Below, piece after piece: positions 1-13,621 of a DNA stretch of 64,000 nucleotides. Each line of letters starts with the position of its first letter. The stretch's first letter is position 1. Position numbers and translations under genes: made by a program. The stretch spans positions 75,144,001 through 75,208,000 of the forward strand of contig OX597822.1 of the NCBI GenBank assembly GCA_951406725.2, read 5' to 3'. The notes under the pieces were generated by a model. It had not been told where the DNA came from. It saw only the letters and a list, made by a program, of their open reading frames with translations, and ran no database searches. Origin of the DNA: Octopus vulgaris. Lineage: Eukaryota.

Positions 1-16
1 TATATATATATATGTA

Positions 17-67
<51 letters not shown>

Positions 68-549
68 GTGTATATAAATATTTATGTGTGAATATATATA
101 ACGTGTCTATGTCTACACAAATTTTAATTTATATGTATATATGAAAGTGCATATAAAATATTCCATTTATGCATACATGTGTGCACACAAACACACACAC
201 ACACACACACACATACACGTGTATATATGTATGTGTATAGAATGTAGTGTTCGTTTGTTTGATAGATTCAGCAAAATAAAGCACTCAACACGTTTGAAAG
301 ATATGAATATTTTTTATATACGGTGTCTTATTTGAGATAAACTATGTAAGTTTAATATCGGGTGAAAAATGTCTGGTTTGGTTTAGGTTAGAGTACTGCT
401 GGGCAATGCTAAGCCAAGTATCTTTATTCTAACATGAAACGTGAGTAGCTTGTCACAAACATAATACTGTATATTTGGAGAAAGCCTCAAGTTAGATCTG
501 GTCTAGAAGGAACAAAGCCAACTTCATAAGGACTAATTTGTCCCAATTC

Positions 550-720
550 AAGCGTAGTCGTGTACGCCTGCGCCTCTGGAGCCAGTGATCCAGGTTCGAA
601 TCCCACTGGGACCGCGAGAAAAAAGAACCTTCACACCTGGGTCGTCTGAGCGCTTGCCAGTGTACACAGCTGGAAATGGGTACTTGGCCCTTCTCAGAGC
701 TGCAGCACATGTCACACATT
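550..720 (+). mobile_element. degenerate tRNA-derived SINE fragment
   Basis: B-box-like GGTTCGAATCCC at ~593-604, followed by CCAGTGTACACAGCTGGAAATGGGTAC, which resembles conserved SINE central domains. Confidence 0.45.
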
Positions 721-916
721 TGGTGGACCTACTTTGTTGTTCAGTTTAAAACCAATGTTTTAAACATCCAGGCCAGTTCTCTTGGTTGGGCAGGGCTGGA
801 TTAACCATTAAGCAAAATTAGCACATGTTTAGGGTATCAGGGAAGAGAAGCACCAGTGAAATGATAAATGGTTTACAGCTCGAAAGAAATCACTTTAGAC
901 TTCATATTCTTCAGGC

Positions 917-1106
917 TATGTATGTATGTATGTATGTATGTATGTATGTATGTATGTATATATATATTTATGTATGTATGTATGTATGTATGTCTGTATT
1001 TATGTATGTATGTATGTATATATTTATGTATGTATGTATGTATGTATGTATGTATGTATGTATGTATGTATGTATGTATATATATATATATGTTTGAATG
1101 TATGTA
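917..1106. repeat. (TATG)n microsatellite
   Basis: Direct reading; explains the MYVC/YIHT ORFs. Confidence 0.95.
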
Positions 1107-1329
1107 TTGGAAATATAATTTTGAAGCGTTCATGGTGTCATAGTAAGGATCTGGTCAAAGACTTTGCAATTAAATATATGTAGGGGGAAAACTTTTCAAA
1201 TATAAATAAAGTTGAAGTTTACAAAAAACAAAACACATTATTTCCTATCGTACTGTTAGTTTTGTTCATTTAAAAAAAAATTTTATTTAATGGTTTACTA
1301 TTGTTTATATTTTGATATACCAACATACA

Positions 1330-1387
<58 letters not shown>

Positions 1388-1392
<5 letters not shown>

Positions 1393-1608
1393 TGACCACT
1401 ATGTGGTTCACTCTAGTGCTAAAAATAGCTTAGCTAATGGTATAGCCACACCATTAGCGGAGCTATTTTTAGCACTAGAGTGAACCACATAGTGGTCACT
1501 CTCCAATATTTATGTATAAATTTGTATTTTCCCTTGGTTTTTATGTGCTAAGCCACTTGGTGTTAAATTGATGGTATTATTAAATTAATATCAAATTTTT
1601 TCACCCTC

Positions 1609-1612
<4 letters not shown>
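1388..1612 (+). mobile_element. hairpin-headed PLE-like element (family D relative, no ribozyme retained)
   Basis: 54-bp inverted arms 1388-1441/1450-1503 plus a ~110 nt one-sided tail, inside (TA)n. Shares CTAGAGTGARCCACATAGTGRYCACTCTC and the ...TCACCCTYAT end with 23414-23943. Confidence 0.7.
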
Positions 1613-1639
<27 letters not shown>

Positions 1640-1642
<3 letters not shown>

Positions 1643-2515
1643 GGTGCGGTGAATAAACTGTTGTCTAAATTACGCAGAAATGAAAATAACACTGACAACT
1701 CATTTTAACTTATATTTACTAAAATTATATTAAAAAATACCTTAAAATACTAAAGAATGAATTTATTCAATAAAATCACCATTGGTTTCAACTACGGCCT
1801 CCAGACGACTTCAGAATCTCCTGAAACTCTTCTGGACGGTCCTCTTGTTTAGGTTGGTGAATGCTGCCATAATCCTTGCCTTCAGTTCATCTTTGGTGTT
1901 ACAAGGAGTTTTGTTGGTCTCTCGCTCAACTGCACCTCCACACATAATAATCAAAAGGATTGCGGTCTGGGGAGTTAGGTGGCCAGATGTTAGGGGTGAT
2001 GTGCAGAACTTGTCTGACAGCTACGACTGGGTTCTCCTGCTTGTGTGGCATGGTGCAAAGTCCTGTTGCCAGACATAGAGTCTTCCAGTGATCACCTGCT
2101 TGACTCAGAGCAGCGTAACCTCCTCCAGGCACTTCATGTAGGCCTCCCTGTTGAGTCTGAAGCCGTGAGGGAAGATGAAAGGAGGCATAACGTCACTATT
2201 GCTAGTGATCACTCCAGACACCATGATGTTGACTGGATGTTTGATTTTTATCACTCTCGCTACACATCCTCAGATTTCACTGTCCTCAGATTGACACCTG
2301 AACACTCTGAATTGTTTGTATTGGAGCTTCCAGCATGAATGTCAAGAAGTACAGCATGTCGTTTCCAAATTTCTGGCTGAGTGAATTGCATCATGGTGCT
2401 GTTTTTCTCACAGACAGTGCCCAACTGACCCTACTATACTGTGTAGTCACCAAAATCAAACAATGTGCATGCACGAAATTAAAAATATAAAATGGTGAAA
2501 TTTACCCATAGAACC

Positions 2516-2518
<3 letters not shown>
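1640..2518 (-). mobile_element. internally deleted Tc1/mariner element (DD37D/maT-like)
   Basis: Ends CAGGGT...ACCCTG flanked by TA. Minus-strand transposase motifs VWQQDFAPCH and WPPNSPDRNPFDYYVW, frameshifted. Confidence 0.85.
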
Positions 2519-2580
<62 letters not shown>

Positions 2581-2677
2581 TTTGAGGGAATAAAATCCAA
2601 ACTTACAAGGAAAAAGAATTCAATTTAGAAATACTAAATCAAATTCCACACAATATAATGAATATATTAAAATATTA

Positions 2678-2721
<44 letters not shown>

Positions 2722-2744
2722 TGTATTTCTCCATTTTCTTATTT

Positions 2745-2802
<58 letters not shown>

Positions 2803-2805
2803 CAT

Positions 2806-2874
<69 letters not shown>

Positions 2875-3129
2875 CATATATATATATATACATACATATA
2901 CATATATGGGGCCCCCAAGATCTTTAAAGTGTTTAAGAGCCTCTTTGCGTTTTAATTTGGCTCCAGGTTTGAACATAACACCTTCCCGTTGTCTGACATG
3001 ATGGTTATTAAAAGTGTCACATGCACCTCCCTTCTTTCTCAAACTTCACCAGCATATATTTTTAAAAAAACGCTCTTTGACTAATAACCTAGTAAACTGC
3101 TACTACAAGTTTCATAGTTGGGTCTAAAC

Positions 3130-5158
3130 ATGCAGGAGTCTTTTAAAAGCACTTATTAACTTAACCGGTTTCACTTATCTAAAATGATTTTCAAAAGTAA
3201 AGTGTGAGGTTTTGTGTATCCTCTGTGGTGTCAAAAATTAGTTTACATAAATGCATTCAAATCAGGTGAAAGAGTCTTTGACAATGATAAGAAAAGGTTT
3301 GAGGCTTTCCGTTTCCTTTGTGGTGAGTCCAAAAAATTGTTTACATAAAAACATTTGAATATACTAAAAAATATACTTGAACTGTCGACTGGTGTCGGAA
3401 AAACTAGGCAAAACTCAGAGTCCTACACACACACACACCCAACACGTATCCACACATAAACACAATTTCCCTATTTCCCAGGAGTACACATCGACAACAA
3501 ACACACACAGACACTCATATATACACACATATACGTATACCCATATACGCACTCAGACAGACACATACGCAGATACATACACACACACATAAAATACGAC
3601 ATATGCACACACACAGATACACACGCATACACACATGCACACACACACACACAAACGCAGCATCTCCATCCCCCGGTGGACACACACATATACAAACACA
3701 CACACACATACAGATGTGTGCACGCACATCCCGCCCAGATAAACACAGCACGTATACCTACATACACACGCATACACCGCTCTAACGAGCGCAACACACA
3801 TACACGTACACACACATGCACACACGCACATACATGTACACACATATGCACACATGCACACATATGCACACACAATGTAACACACAAACGCACGCATGCA
3901 CACCGCCCCGACAAACGTAACGCAAATATACACACACGCATGCACACACAGCACCATGACAAATGTAACACACACATACACATGCATACACACGCATACA
4001 CACGCATACACACACCACCCTGATAAATATAACACACATACACAGGCATATACACACACACACGCATACATGCGTACATACACACACTGCCCTGAAAACC
4101 GCAACACACATACATATACACGCACACACACAAACATGCATGCATCCATGCACGCACACATTCAGAGACTCACAAGTACACACACACAAATGGAACACCC
4201 ACACACACGCACAGAGACCTCCTCATCTGCATTCATCTCACTACCATTTTTTAACCCCAAGAGGATATCTCTAGCTGGTTAAAGGTGCACAGCTGCATCC
4301 AACATATTGTGAGCAGGGGAGTGAACTCCTACCACAAAAGGAAGATTTTTATACAGAAAAATTGCAACTCTGTTTATAACTGCCAAACTCCACCCAGATA
4401 CGGTACATTAACATATTCAAAACCTTGTTTCAATTGTCAACTACGTTGTGACCTGTGACCATCAATCACCCACACTGTTTTTACACCTGAAAACGAATAC
4501 TAGATGACAATGACATTTAAGAGATATATCATTAACATTTATTATTTTTGGATAAAATAAAGATTTTATACAGAAGAATTGAAACCCTTTTTATAACAGC
4601 CAAACTCCAACCAGATGCAAGGCCCTTAAAAATCAGATCCGAGAACTTTAAATGATCTGTTACATATTTTATCATTTTTATCTTCTTGTCAAAAACTTTA
4701 TTACTTAATCAGGATATATTCATGAAAACTAATTTTCTAATTTTTATCTTATCATTATAAAGAATTTTATTATCTGATCTGAATGTTTTAATGTAAACTA
4801 TTTCTTGAGTCATCTCAGAGGATACATATATTTTAATCTTCTTGTCAAAGACTCTATCACTTGATCGAGATATATTCATTTCAGCCAATTTTTTTCTTCT
4901 TATCATTATGAAAATATCTTATTACTGAAACTGGATGGTTTTCTGTAAATTATTTTTTGACTCATCACAGAGGATATGCAAAGCCTCAAGCCTTTTCTTA
5001 TCATTATCAAAGACTCAATCACTTGATTTGAATGCATTTTTGTAAACTAATTTCTAGCACAACAGAGGATACACGAAACCTCACATTCTGCTTTTGAAAA
5101 TCTTTTTAAATAAGTGAAACCAGTTAAGTTAATAAATACTTTTAAAAGACTCCTGCAT
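3130..5158. repeat. diverged ~180-bp inverted repeat enclosing ~1.7 kb
   Basis: 3130-3308 is a diverged reverse complement of 4980-5158. Confidence 0.75.
3420..4212. repeat. degenerate (CA)n-rich tract
   Basis: Direct reading. Confidence 0.9.
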
Positions 5159-5215
5159 TTTCAGATTCATTTTCTTATATTTTTACTCTTGCAGTAACAC
5201 CCAACTTTACTTTGT

Positions 5216-5247
<32 letters not shown>

Positions 5248-5257
5248 TACATACATA

Positions 5258-5812
5258 CATGGTGGCTGCCCCCTCGTTATCGAGTATGGCCATTGCACGA
5301 AGCTTAATCAATGTTGTTATCGTGCAATGCCTGTGCAAGAAGATTTTTGTTAAAGTGAGGAAAGGCTATGCATTGAGTCAATCCCACTCACTAAGCAACA
5401 GCAGCCATAATCCGAAAAGAAGAACAAGTCAACATCATCGGTAACCACTGAGCCGCAGGTTTTATGTCGGAGTTATCCCAGTTTCCTGAGTTACCTTCTC
5501 CTAGAAGGATGCCCTAACAAAGGCTAGGAGTCCTTCACTCCCAATGGTTTAACCGCGCGATCGGGTATTCAGTCCGATTATTTCTATGTCCCCGCGCATG
5601 ATACAGCCTTAAGGCATTTATTGGATGGCCGTTGACTCTCAAGAGTTCCTCCGCCCTTTGACGGGTTTTGTTTTTCATCCCACAGGGTGTCCAATAAACA
5701 CCTTCCTCACCAAGCAAGCTTGGTGGGGTTGCCGGTTTAGTTGCCAACGACCCAACCATGCAACAGGTTGTACTGGGTTACATGTTACCAGTAGCACTTG
5801 AAAGTGACCTGA
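5258..5812 (-). mobile_element. non-autonomous RTE-like LINE derivative (UTR-like sequence)
   Basis: GC-richer island between microsatellites. The plus strand has TTACCTTCTCCTAGAAGGATGCC...AAGGCTAGGAG, resembling RTE 5' regions; assigned from recall, no ORF. Confidence 0.4.
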
Positions 5813-6108
5813 CATAAACATACATACATACATACACACATACATACATACATATATATATACACACACACACACATGTATATACATATATACATACATG
5901 CATATGGGTATCTATATGTCTATGTGGTGCATATATATTTATTTTTTCACACACACACAAGCACATACATACACATGCACACACACACAAACAACAACAC
6001 ACAACACACACACATATATATAGAAACAGACAAACAGACAGAGAGAGAGTTGAATTGAGACAGAACAAAAGAGAGTGATAGCTGTGTGGGAATGTATATG
6101 CATATACA

Positions 6109-6518
6109 CTTTACTCTCTTTTACTTGTTTCAGTCTTTTGACTGTGGCCATGCTGGAGCACCGCCTTTAGTCGAGCAAATCGACCCCGGGACTTATTCTT
6201 TGTAAGCCCAGTACTTATTCTATCGGTCTCTTTTGCCGAACCGCTAAGTGACGGGGACGTAAACACACCAGCATCGGTTGTCAAGCAATGCTAGAGGGAC
6301 AAACACAGACACACAAACATATACACACACATACATATATATATATACATATATACGACAGGCTTCTTTCAGTTTCCGTCTACCAAATCCACTCACAAGG
6401 CTTTGGTCGACCTGAGGCTATAGCAGAAGACACTTGCCCAAGATGCCATGCAGTGGGACTGAACCCGGAACCATGTGGTAGGTTAGCAAGCTACTTACCA
6501 CACAGCCACTCCTGCGCC
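6109..6518 (-). mobile_element. SINE family S1 (tRNA head, CORE-like CTTGGGCAAGTG, internal microsatellite), full copy
   Basis: Near-identical to copies at 13207, 16789, 33947, 50937 and 58143. A-box TGGCTGTGTGG, B-box GGTTCAGTCCC. Confidence 0.9.
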
Positions 6519-6652
6519 TATATGTGCGTGAATGTGCATGTACATATAAATATCTCTGAATAATTAATAAGATACACAAATATGTGTGTGTGTATATGTG
6601 TAGAAGTATATATATATATATATGTACATTTTATCTATGTACATTATATATA

Positions 6653-6688
<36 letters not shown>

Positions 6689-6689
6689 G

Positions 6690-6693
6690 ATAT

Positions 6694-6754
<61 letters not shown>

Positions 6755-6787
6755 CAGATAGATAGATAGATAGAGAGACAGACAGAC

Positions 6788-6854
<67 letters not shown>

Positions 6855-6868
6855 TAGATTGATAGATA
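6690..6868. repeat. (GATA)n/(GACA)n microsatellite
   Basis: Direct reading. Confidence 0.95.
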
Positions 6869-7712
6869 TATGCATGTATGTATATATGTTACTATAGAAG
6901 AAAAGTCAGAAATCAAAAGCAAAAATATTAATGAGAGTCTTGAGGGAATTTCGTAGTCTTTGGTTGAGAACCATCTTCTGAAAATAGTTGAGAAATGTAT
7001 CAATGCTATTCTAATATTTTAATCTTGCACTATTGTCAAAGATCAGGAAGAATTCGGTCTTGAGGGAAAGTGCTATTGATAGTAATAGTCTTAATATCAA
7101 CTGACTTCCGAAATGCAACAACAACAACAACAACAACAGCAGCAGCAGCAGCAAAAGCAGCAGCAACAACAACAATGTCTGTTATAGGAAAAAAAAATAT
7201 GATAAATTGTTTTTTACTGAGTGTAATAATAACATATAATGCTGTACTATTTATTTTGGTATTTTTGTTGTATTTTTTAGGGTTTTTTTTTTTCCGAATA
7301 ATCTGTTTTAGCGTATTCTTGTATAGACATCACTTTTTTTTTTTTTTTGGTTTAACATTCTTGTGGTATCATATTCTAAAATGAGTGTCTCAAGAAATTG
7401 TGTTTGAGTGTATGTGTGTATGCATGTGTATATTTATATGTGTGTATGTGTATGTCTGTGTGTGTGTGTGTGTGCATGTGTGTATGTGCAATGTGTTCGC
7501 GTGTTTGTGAAAGCGCCATTTTACATGTAGGGGCAGGTATGGTTATATGGTTAATACTGTTTGGAACTTTCTTCATAACCCATTGGTTTCAGGTTCAATT
7601 CCTCTGTGTGACTCTTTCAGTAAGTGTCTGCCACTATAACCTTTTAACCCTAGGTCAGCCAATGCCTTGTGAGAGAATTTGGACAGTGGAAACCATTTGA
7701 AAGTTCATTGGA

Positions 7713-7754
<42 letters not shown>

Positions 7755-7756
<2 letters not shown>

Positions 7757-8063
7757 TGTGATTTCCATGACTGACCAGGCTAATAGATGCTGCTACACAT
7801 CGCTGATCACAATGCGCTTTGCATTATTTTAACCTTCAAATGACGCCACCTCGCTGCCTAAGTGAGCAGGTTAACAGAAGAAAGAGTGAAAGAAAGTTGT
7901 GGCGAAACAGTACAGCAGAGATCGCCCCCACCCCCACCCCCCACCCCGGCTAGAGCCTTGTGGAGCTTTAGGTGTTTTCGCTCACAATGCCCGGTCTGGG
8001 AATCGAAATTGTGATCCTACAACCATGAGTCCGCTGCCCTAACCCCTGGGCCATTACGCCTCC
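7755..8063 (-). mobile_element. tRNA-derived SINE (S3-related head, distinct tail)
   Basis: The minus strand begins GGAGGCGTAATGGCCCAGGGGTTAGG...TTCGATTCC. A tail fragment recurs at 45020-45127. Confidence 0.7.
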
Positions 8064-8079
8064 ACATATATATATATAT

Positions 8080-8345
8080 GTACTGGCTCCGGTGCCAGTG
8101 ACACATAAGAAGCACCATTTGAGCATGATCAATGCCAGTACCGCCTGTGGCATGTAAAAAGCACTCACTACACTCTTGGAGTGGTTGGCATTAGGAAGTT
8201 CATCCAGCTATTTAAACTTTGCTAGATCAGATTGGAGCTTGGTGCAGCCTCCCGGCTTGCCAGTCCTCAGTCAAAGCATCCAACCCATGCCAGCATGAAA
8301 AGCGGACATTAAACAACGACGAATATAATGATGATGATGATGATG
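8080..8345 (+). mobile_element. RTE LINE 3'-UTR fragment with (GAT)n tail
   Basis: Matches 21890-22079. Similar fragments lie at 8860-9090, 12205-12410, 12940-13190, 14160-14400, 16482-16623 (-) and 53000-53100. Confidence 0.85.
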
Positions 8346-8379
<34 letters not shown>

Positions 8380-9741
8380 AAAACATTCAAACACTAAGGT
8401 TTGAAATAAGATGTTACTATTGTTACATCTGTGGAAAAATTCTAAATTAATGGTATCAACAGTAGTAACATAGGTGGTTCACAGGCAAAAAGCATTAGTT
8501 AGTTACAAATTATAAATCAGTATGAAGCATGAGGATGCAGAAAAGCATCAACCTGCTAGAAATAACAGTTAAAGTCTCAATTAAACCACCATAAAGCACC
8601 AAAGGTAACAGAGAAATAACAGTAGGTGAGGAAACAGAAAGAATTAATATATTCAAAAGCACAATTATGAAAGATTATGGCATTTAGGACATCTACATGT
8701 CTGTGTTTTGGCTTTTAGAATTCTAATCCTTGAGCTTTTTCAGTGCAGACCACCCAGTAAAAATTCAGTACCATCACGTTATATTCCATTAATGTACTGG
8801 TCTTGTTTTGCGCCAAAAATACAGCACATGGTTTGAATGTTTTGTTTATAAATATTTCTGCACCGTTCAAGCATGGTTGATGCCAGTGCTGCCTGACTAG
8901 CTTCCATGCCAGTGGCACGTAAAAGGTATTCACTACACTCTTGGTGTGGTTAGAGCTAGGAAGGGCATCCAGCTGTAGAAGTTTTGCCAGATCAGACTGG
9001 AGCCTAGTGCAGCCTCCTGGCTTGCCAGTCCCCAGTCAAAACGTCCAACCCATGCCAGCATGGAAATGCAGACGTTAAGCGATGATGTTAATGAGTGTCT
9101 GTGTGTCACTATTTGTCATCCTATGCACTACTTGACTGGTGTTGGTTTGTTTATGCCCATGTAATTCAGCAGTTTAGGATAAGAAGCCAATAGTATAAGT
9201 ACCAGTTTTACAAAAAAAGAAGAAAAAAACAAAAAGATTTTCTACAGCTGGATGCACTTCCTGTCACCAACCCTCACCTCCTTCCAAGCAGAGGAATATT
9301 TTCTCCATGGTCAGATATGTTCTTGCGGAATATCAGAAATGAAGGAGACTGTTCATAAGACAGTTACACAATGTTAAAAGGACACACACACTCACAAATA
9401 CACACTCGCACACATACACACATGCACACGTATGCACACACACACACATGCACACACACACATGCACACACACGCATGCACACACACACATGCACACACA
9501 CACACACGCATACATACACATATATTAACATGATGGGTTTCTTTCAGTTTCCATCTACCAAATCCATTCACAAGGCCTTGTTTTCCTGGGACTATAGCGG
9601 AAGACACTTGCCCAAGGTGCCAAACAGTGGGATTGAACTTGGAACCACATGATTGTGAAGCAAACTTCTTACCATGGAACCTTGCCTGAGCCACATATAT
9701 ACATACCTACATGAACACACATACATCCATGCATAAATATA

Positions 9742-9773
<32 letters not shown>

Positions 9774-9814
9774 ACACATGCATACAAACATGCATACAGA
9801 TATATAAATATATG

Positions 9815-9847
<33 letters not shown>

Positions 9848-10056
9848 GTATACATACATACATATATATACACATACATGCATACATACATATATGTAAA
9901 TGTATATACACACATACATATATACGTGCATACATATATATATACATACACACACACATATATATATGTACATACATATATACATATATACACACATATA
10001 TATACACATACATTCATACCTATATATACATATATGTATACATACCTATGTTTATA

Positions 10057-10097
<41 letters not shown>

Positions 10098-10462
10098 TAT
10101 AGATACATATATACATATAGATATATAAATATATATAGATATATATACATATACATGTTTACATTATATATACATACATACATACATACATGCAAGCATG
10201 CATGCACACTCTTTCCATGTTCAGCATAAATAGCTGCGATGTCTTTGTTGAAGTAATTATTCTTTTACACCTGGACGCCCTCCATGTTGTTAGTCACTAA
10301 ACCATGAAGTAAAACTGGAAACTATTTAGTGTCTTTCAAACAAATTTTTAATTACATTTTGGTGCTGCACCTTGCATTAATTAAAGTAACCCTAACTTAA
10401 TTATTGGGTCTTTCTTTTTTTCTTTTCATTTGGATGATGCCTCGAAGTAATTAACCTCAATA

Positions 10463-10500
<38 letters not shown>

Positions 10501-10825
10501 GCGTGTGTGTGTGCATGTATGTGTGTGCATGTGTTTGTAATCATCACCATCATCATCACCACCACCACCACCAAGATCATCATCATCATCATTTTTATTG
10601 TCATCTTTTCAATGTCTGCTTTTCCATGCTCGCTTGGAGTGGATGGAATTTATTAAGGGAGATCTTCTGTAGCTGGGTGCCCTCCCTGTCACTAACCCTC
10701 ACCTGTTTCCAAGTAAGCTAATATTTCCTCATGGACAGACATGTTTTCCCAGGAGATTGGAAATGAATGACACTACCTGTTATAGCAGTGATACTCAAGA
10801 CAAAAAGATGAACCTAAACACACAT

Positions 10826-11010
10826 TCTTTTCTACTCTAGGCACAAGGCCCGAAATTTTGGGGGAAGGGGCCAGTCGATTAGATCAACCCCAGTATGCAA
10901 CTGGTGCTTAATTTATCGACTCTGAAAGGATGAAAGCCAAAGTTGACCTCGGTGGAATTTGATCTCAGAACATAAAGACAGACGAAATACTGACTTGCAT
11001 GCTAACACAC
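10826..11010 (-). mobile_element. SINE family S2 (GTCGACTTTGCCTTTCATCC central domain)
   Basis: Same family as 35460-35686 (-), 38460-38650 (-), 49587-49800 (+), 54930-55115 (+) and 62893-63105 (-). Confidence 0.85.
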
Positions 11011-11089
11011 TCACATCTACATGCAAATATCCATATCCACACATCTAACTAGCTATCTATTTATCTATCTATCTCCTCTCTTTCCCTCT

Positions 11090-11290
11090 CTCTGACCGTT
11101 CCAAGTTGCAGCATTCCATCACCATTGGAACCAAAAACTTTGAAGCCACCAGAAGAGAAAATGAAGAACTCAAACGACAAGAGAGGAAGCTCAACAATAT
11201 CAACCTCATCCTCCACCAACAATGCCATCAACACTTCTATGCAAGAATTAGTTCTACAGAGTCATGAATGCCATAACCATACAGGAAGCA
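11090..11290 (+). pseudogene. RTE/BovB-like ORF C-terminal remnant
   Basis: Translates SDRSKLQHSITIGTKNFEATRRENEELKRQERK, matching the BovB-type DR..W..I..G...FE..R...KR..RK motif. Confidence 0.55.
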
Positions 11291-11428
11291 TTTAGCAAAG
11301 AAGAAAATAAATACTCGGATATGAGATAAAGTTGCCACCAGCAATAATGTAATCATATTATATATGCCCCAGCATGGCCACAGCTCATGAGCTGAAACTA
11401 GAATCAATCAATCAATCAATACATATAT

Positions 11429-11577
11429 ACATTATTTACATTATTTACAATTGACAGATATTTGTCCTCATCTTGTTTGTTGTTAACACAACGTTTTGGC
11501 TGATATACCCTCCAGCCTTCATCAGATGTCTTGGGGAAATTTTGGACCTGGGTTCTCATTCCTAAGGTATTTTTTGA

Positions 11578-11611
<34 letters not shown>

Positions 11612-11753
11612 ATTATTATTATTATTATTATTCAGGTCACTGACTGGAATCGAACTTGGAATATTAGGGTTAGTAGCATATGGCATAGTGGTTAGGAGCA
11701 TGGGCTACTAACCCCAAGATTTCGAGTTCGATTCTAGACAGTGACTTGAATTA

Positions 11754-11815
<62 letters not shown>

Positions 11816-11990
11816 TCAAAAAATACCTTAGGAATGAGAACCCAGGTTCGAAATTTCAACAAAGACACCTGATGAAGGCTGGAGGGTATATCAGCCGAAA
11901 CGTTGTGTTAAGAACAAACAAGATGAGGACAAATATCCGACAAATGTAAATAATGTACATAATTCCTCATTTCCTAAATATAGAGCTGTA
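11429..11990. mobile_element. inverted pair of tRNA-headed hammerhead element (family A)
   Basis: Minus arm 11429-11677 and plus arm 11678-11990. The plus arm has A-box TGGCATAGTGG (11681), B-box GAGTTCGATTC (11724), (AAT)n, a hammerhead and an extra ~35 nt tail. Confidence 0.85.
11864..11909 (+). ncRNA. minimal type I hammerhead ribozyme (family A)
   Basis: gacac CTGATGA a ggctg-gagggtatat-cagcc GAAA cg TT gtgtt: stem I gacac/gtgtt, stem II ggctg/cagcc, palindromic ACGT stem III, GUU triplet. Confidence 0.8.
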
Positions 11991-12115
11991 GATATCCTTG
12001 TTGTTTCTATCTCTGGCTTGCATATTTTAATGGTTGCTCATCTCTTAAATATAGAACTATACATATAGATATTCATACATTCATACATACATACATACAT
12101 ACATACATATACATG

Positions 12116-12154
<39 letters not shown>

Positions 12155-12410
12155 TCATCATCATCATTGTTGTCATTTAACATCCGCTTTCTATATATAT
12201 ACATGCCTGACTGGCTCCTGTGCCAGTGGCACGCAAAAAGCACCCACTCTTGGAGTGCTTGGTGTTTGGAAGGACATTCAGCTGTAGAAACCTTGCCAGA
12301 TTAGACTGGAGCCTGGTGCAGCCTCCTGGCTTGCCAGTCCTCAGTCAAATTATCCAACCCATGCCAGCATGGAAAGCAGATGCTAAATGATGAAGATGAT
12401 AATGATGATG

Positions 12411-12441
<31 letters not shown>

Positions 12442-12554
12442 TATATATAATAGATGTGTATATATATGTGTGTGTGTATCCATTTTTTCATTTGTGTGTT
12501 TGAGCCCTAAACTGTGGCCATTATATTAATGTTATAAAATATAATATGATATTG

Positions 12555-12589
<35 letters not shown>

Positions 12590-13134
12590 CAGGCTTCTTT
12601 CAGTTTCTGTCTTCAAAATTAATTCCTGAAGCCTTTTCGTTGGTGCAGTGATATAGAACAAAACATTTGCTTGAGGTACCAGGCAATAGGATAGAACCTA
12701 AAACCATGTGGTTGGAAAGCAAATTTCTTAACTACATAGCCTTATATATATCCTACCTTATTTTATGTTCAAACTGGCCAGATCCAACCTCTCATACCTT
12801 CACTGCAATACCATTCTAAAAATAAACAATGACATTGATTTTTGAAGCTACAAGATAATGCATGATTAATCCAAAACTGGCCACTGTGAAGTGGTTGATG
12901 TCCATCTGTGAAAACCATGCCAGAACTAACCTAGGCTGAGCTAGTGCCATGTAAAAAGCACTCAGGCCACTCTGTAGGGTAGTCGGCATTAGGAAGAAGC
13001 ACCCAGCCATGAAAACCATGCCAAAAGAGACAATGAAGTATGGTGCAGTCTTCTGCTTAGCCAGCTCATGTCAAACCATCCAACCTACACCAGCATAGGA
13101 AGCAGACATTGAATGATGATGATGATGATTATGT

Positions 13135-13169
<35 letters not shown>

Positions 13170-13206
13170 GTGATGTTGATGATGATGATAATGAATGTGA
13201 ACAAAT

Positions 13207-13621
13207 ACTCTTTTACTCTTTTATTTGTTTCAGTCATTTGACTGTGGCCATGCTGGAGCACCGCCTTTAGTCGAGCATATCGACCCCAGCTCTTATTCTT
13301 TGTAAGCCTAGTACTTATTCTATTGGTCTCTTTTGCTGAACTGCTAAGTTACAGGGACGTAAACACACCAGCATCGGTTGTCAAGTGATGTTGGGAGGGA
13401 CAAACACAGACACACAAACATATACACACACATACATATATATATATCTACATATATACAACAATATTCTTTCAGCTTCCATCTACCAAATCCATGCACA
13501 AGGCTTTGGTCGGCCTGAGGCCTTAGTAAAAGACACTTGCCCAAGATGCCACACAGTGGAACTGAACCCGGAACCATGTGGTTGGTAAGCAAGCTACTTA
13601 CCACACAGCCACTCCTACGCC
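13207..13621 (-). mobile_element. SINE family S1, full copy
   Basis: Alignable to the other S1 copies. Confidence 0.9.

Noticed and set aside
11679-11750. Functional tRNA gene (also the SINE heads at 19290-19362 and 33527-33595)
   Set aside because: No complete acceptor stem or terminator, and each continues into a repeat body; these are SINE heads.
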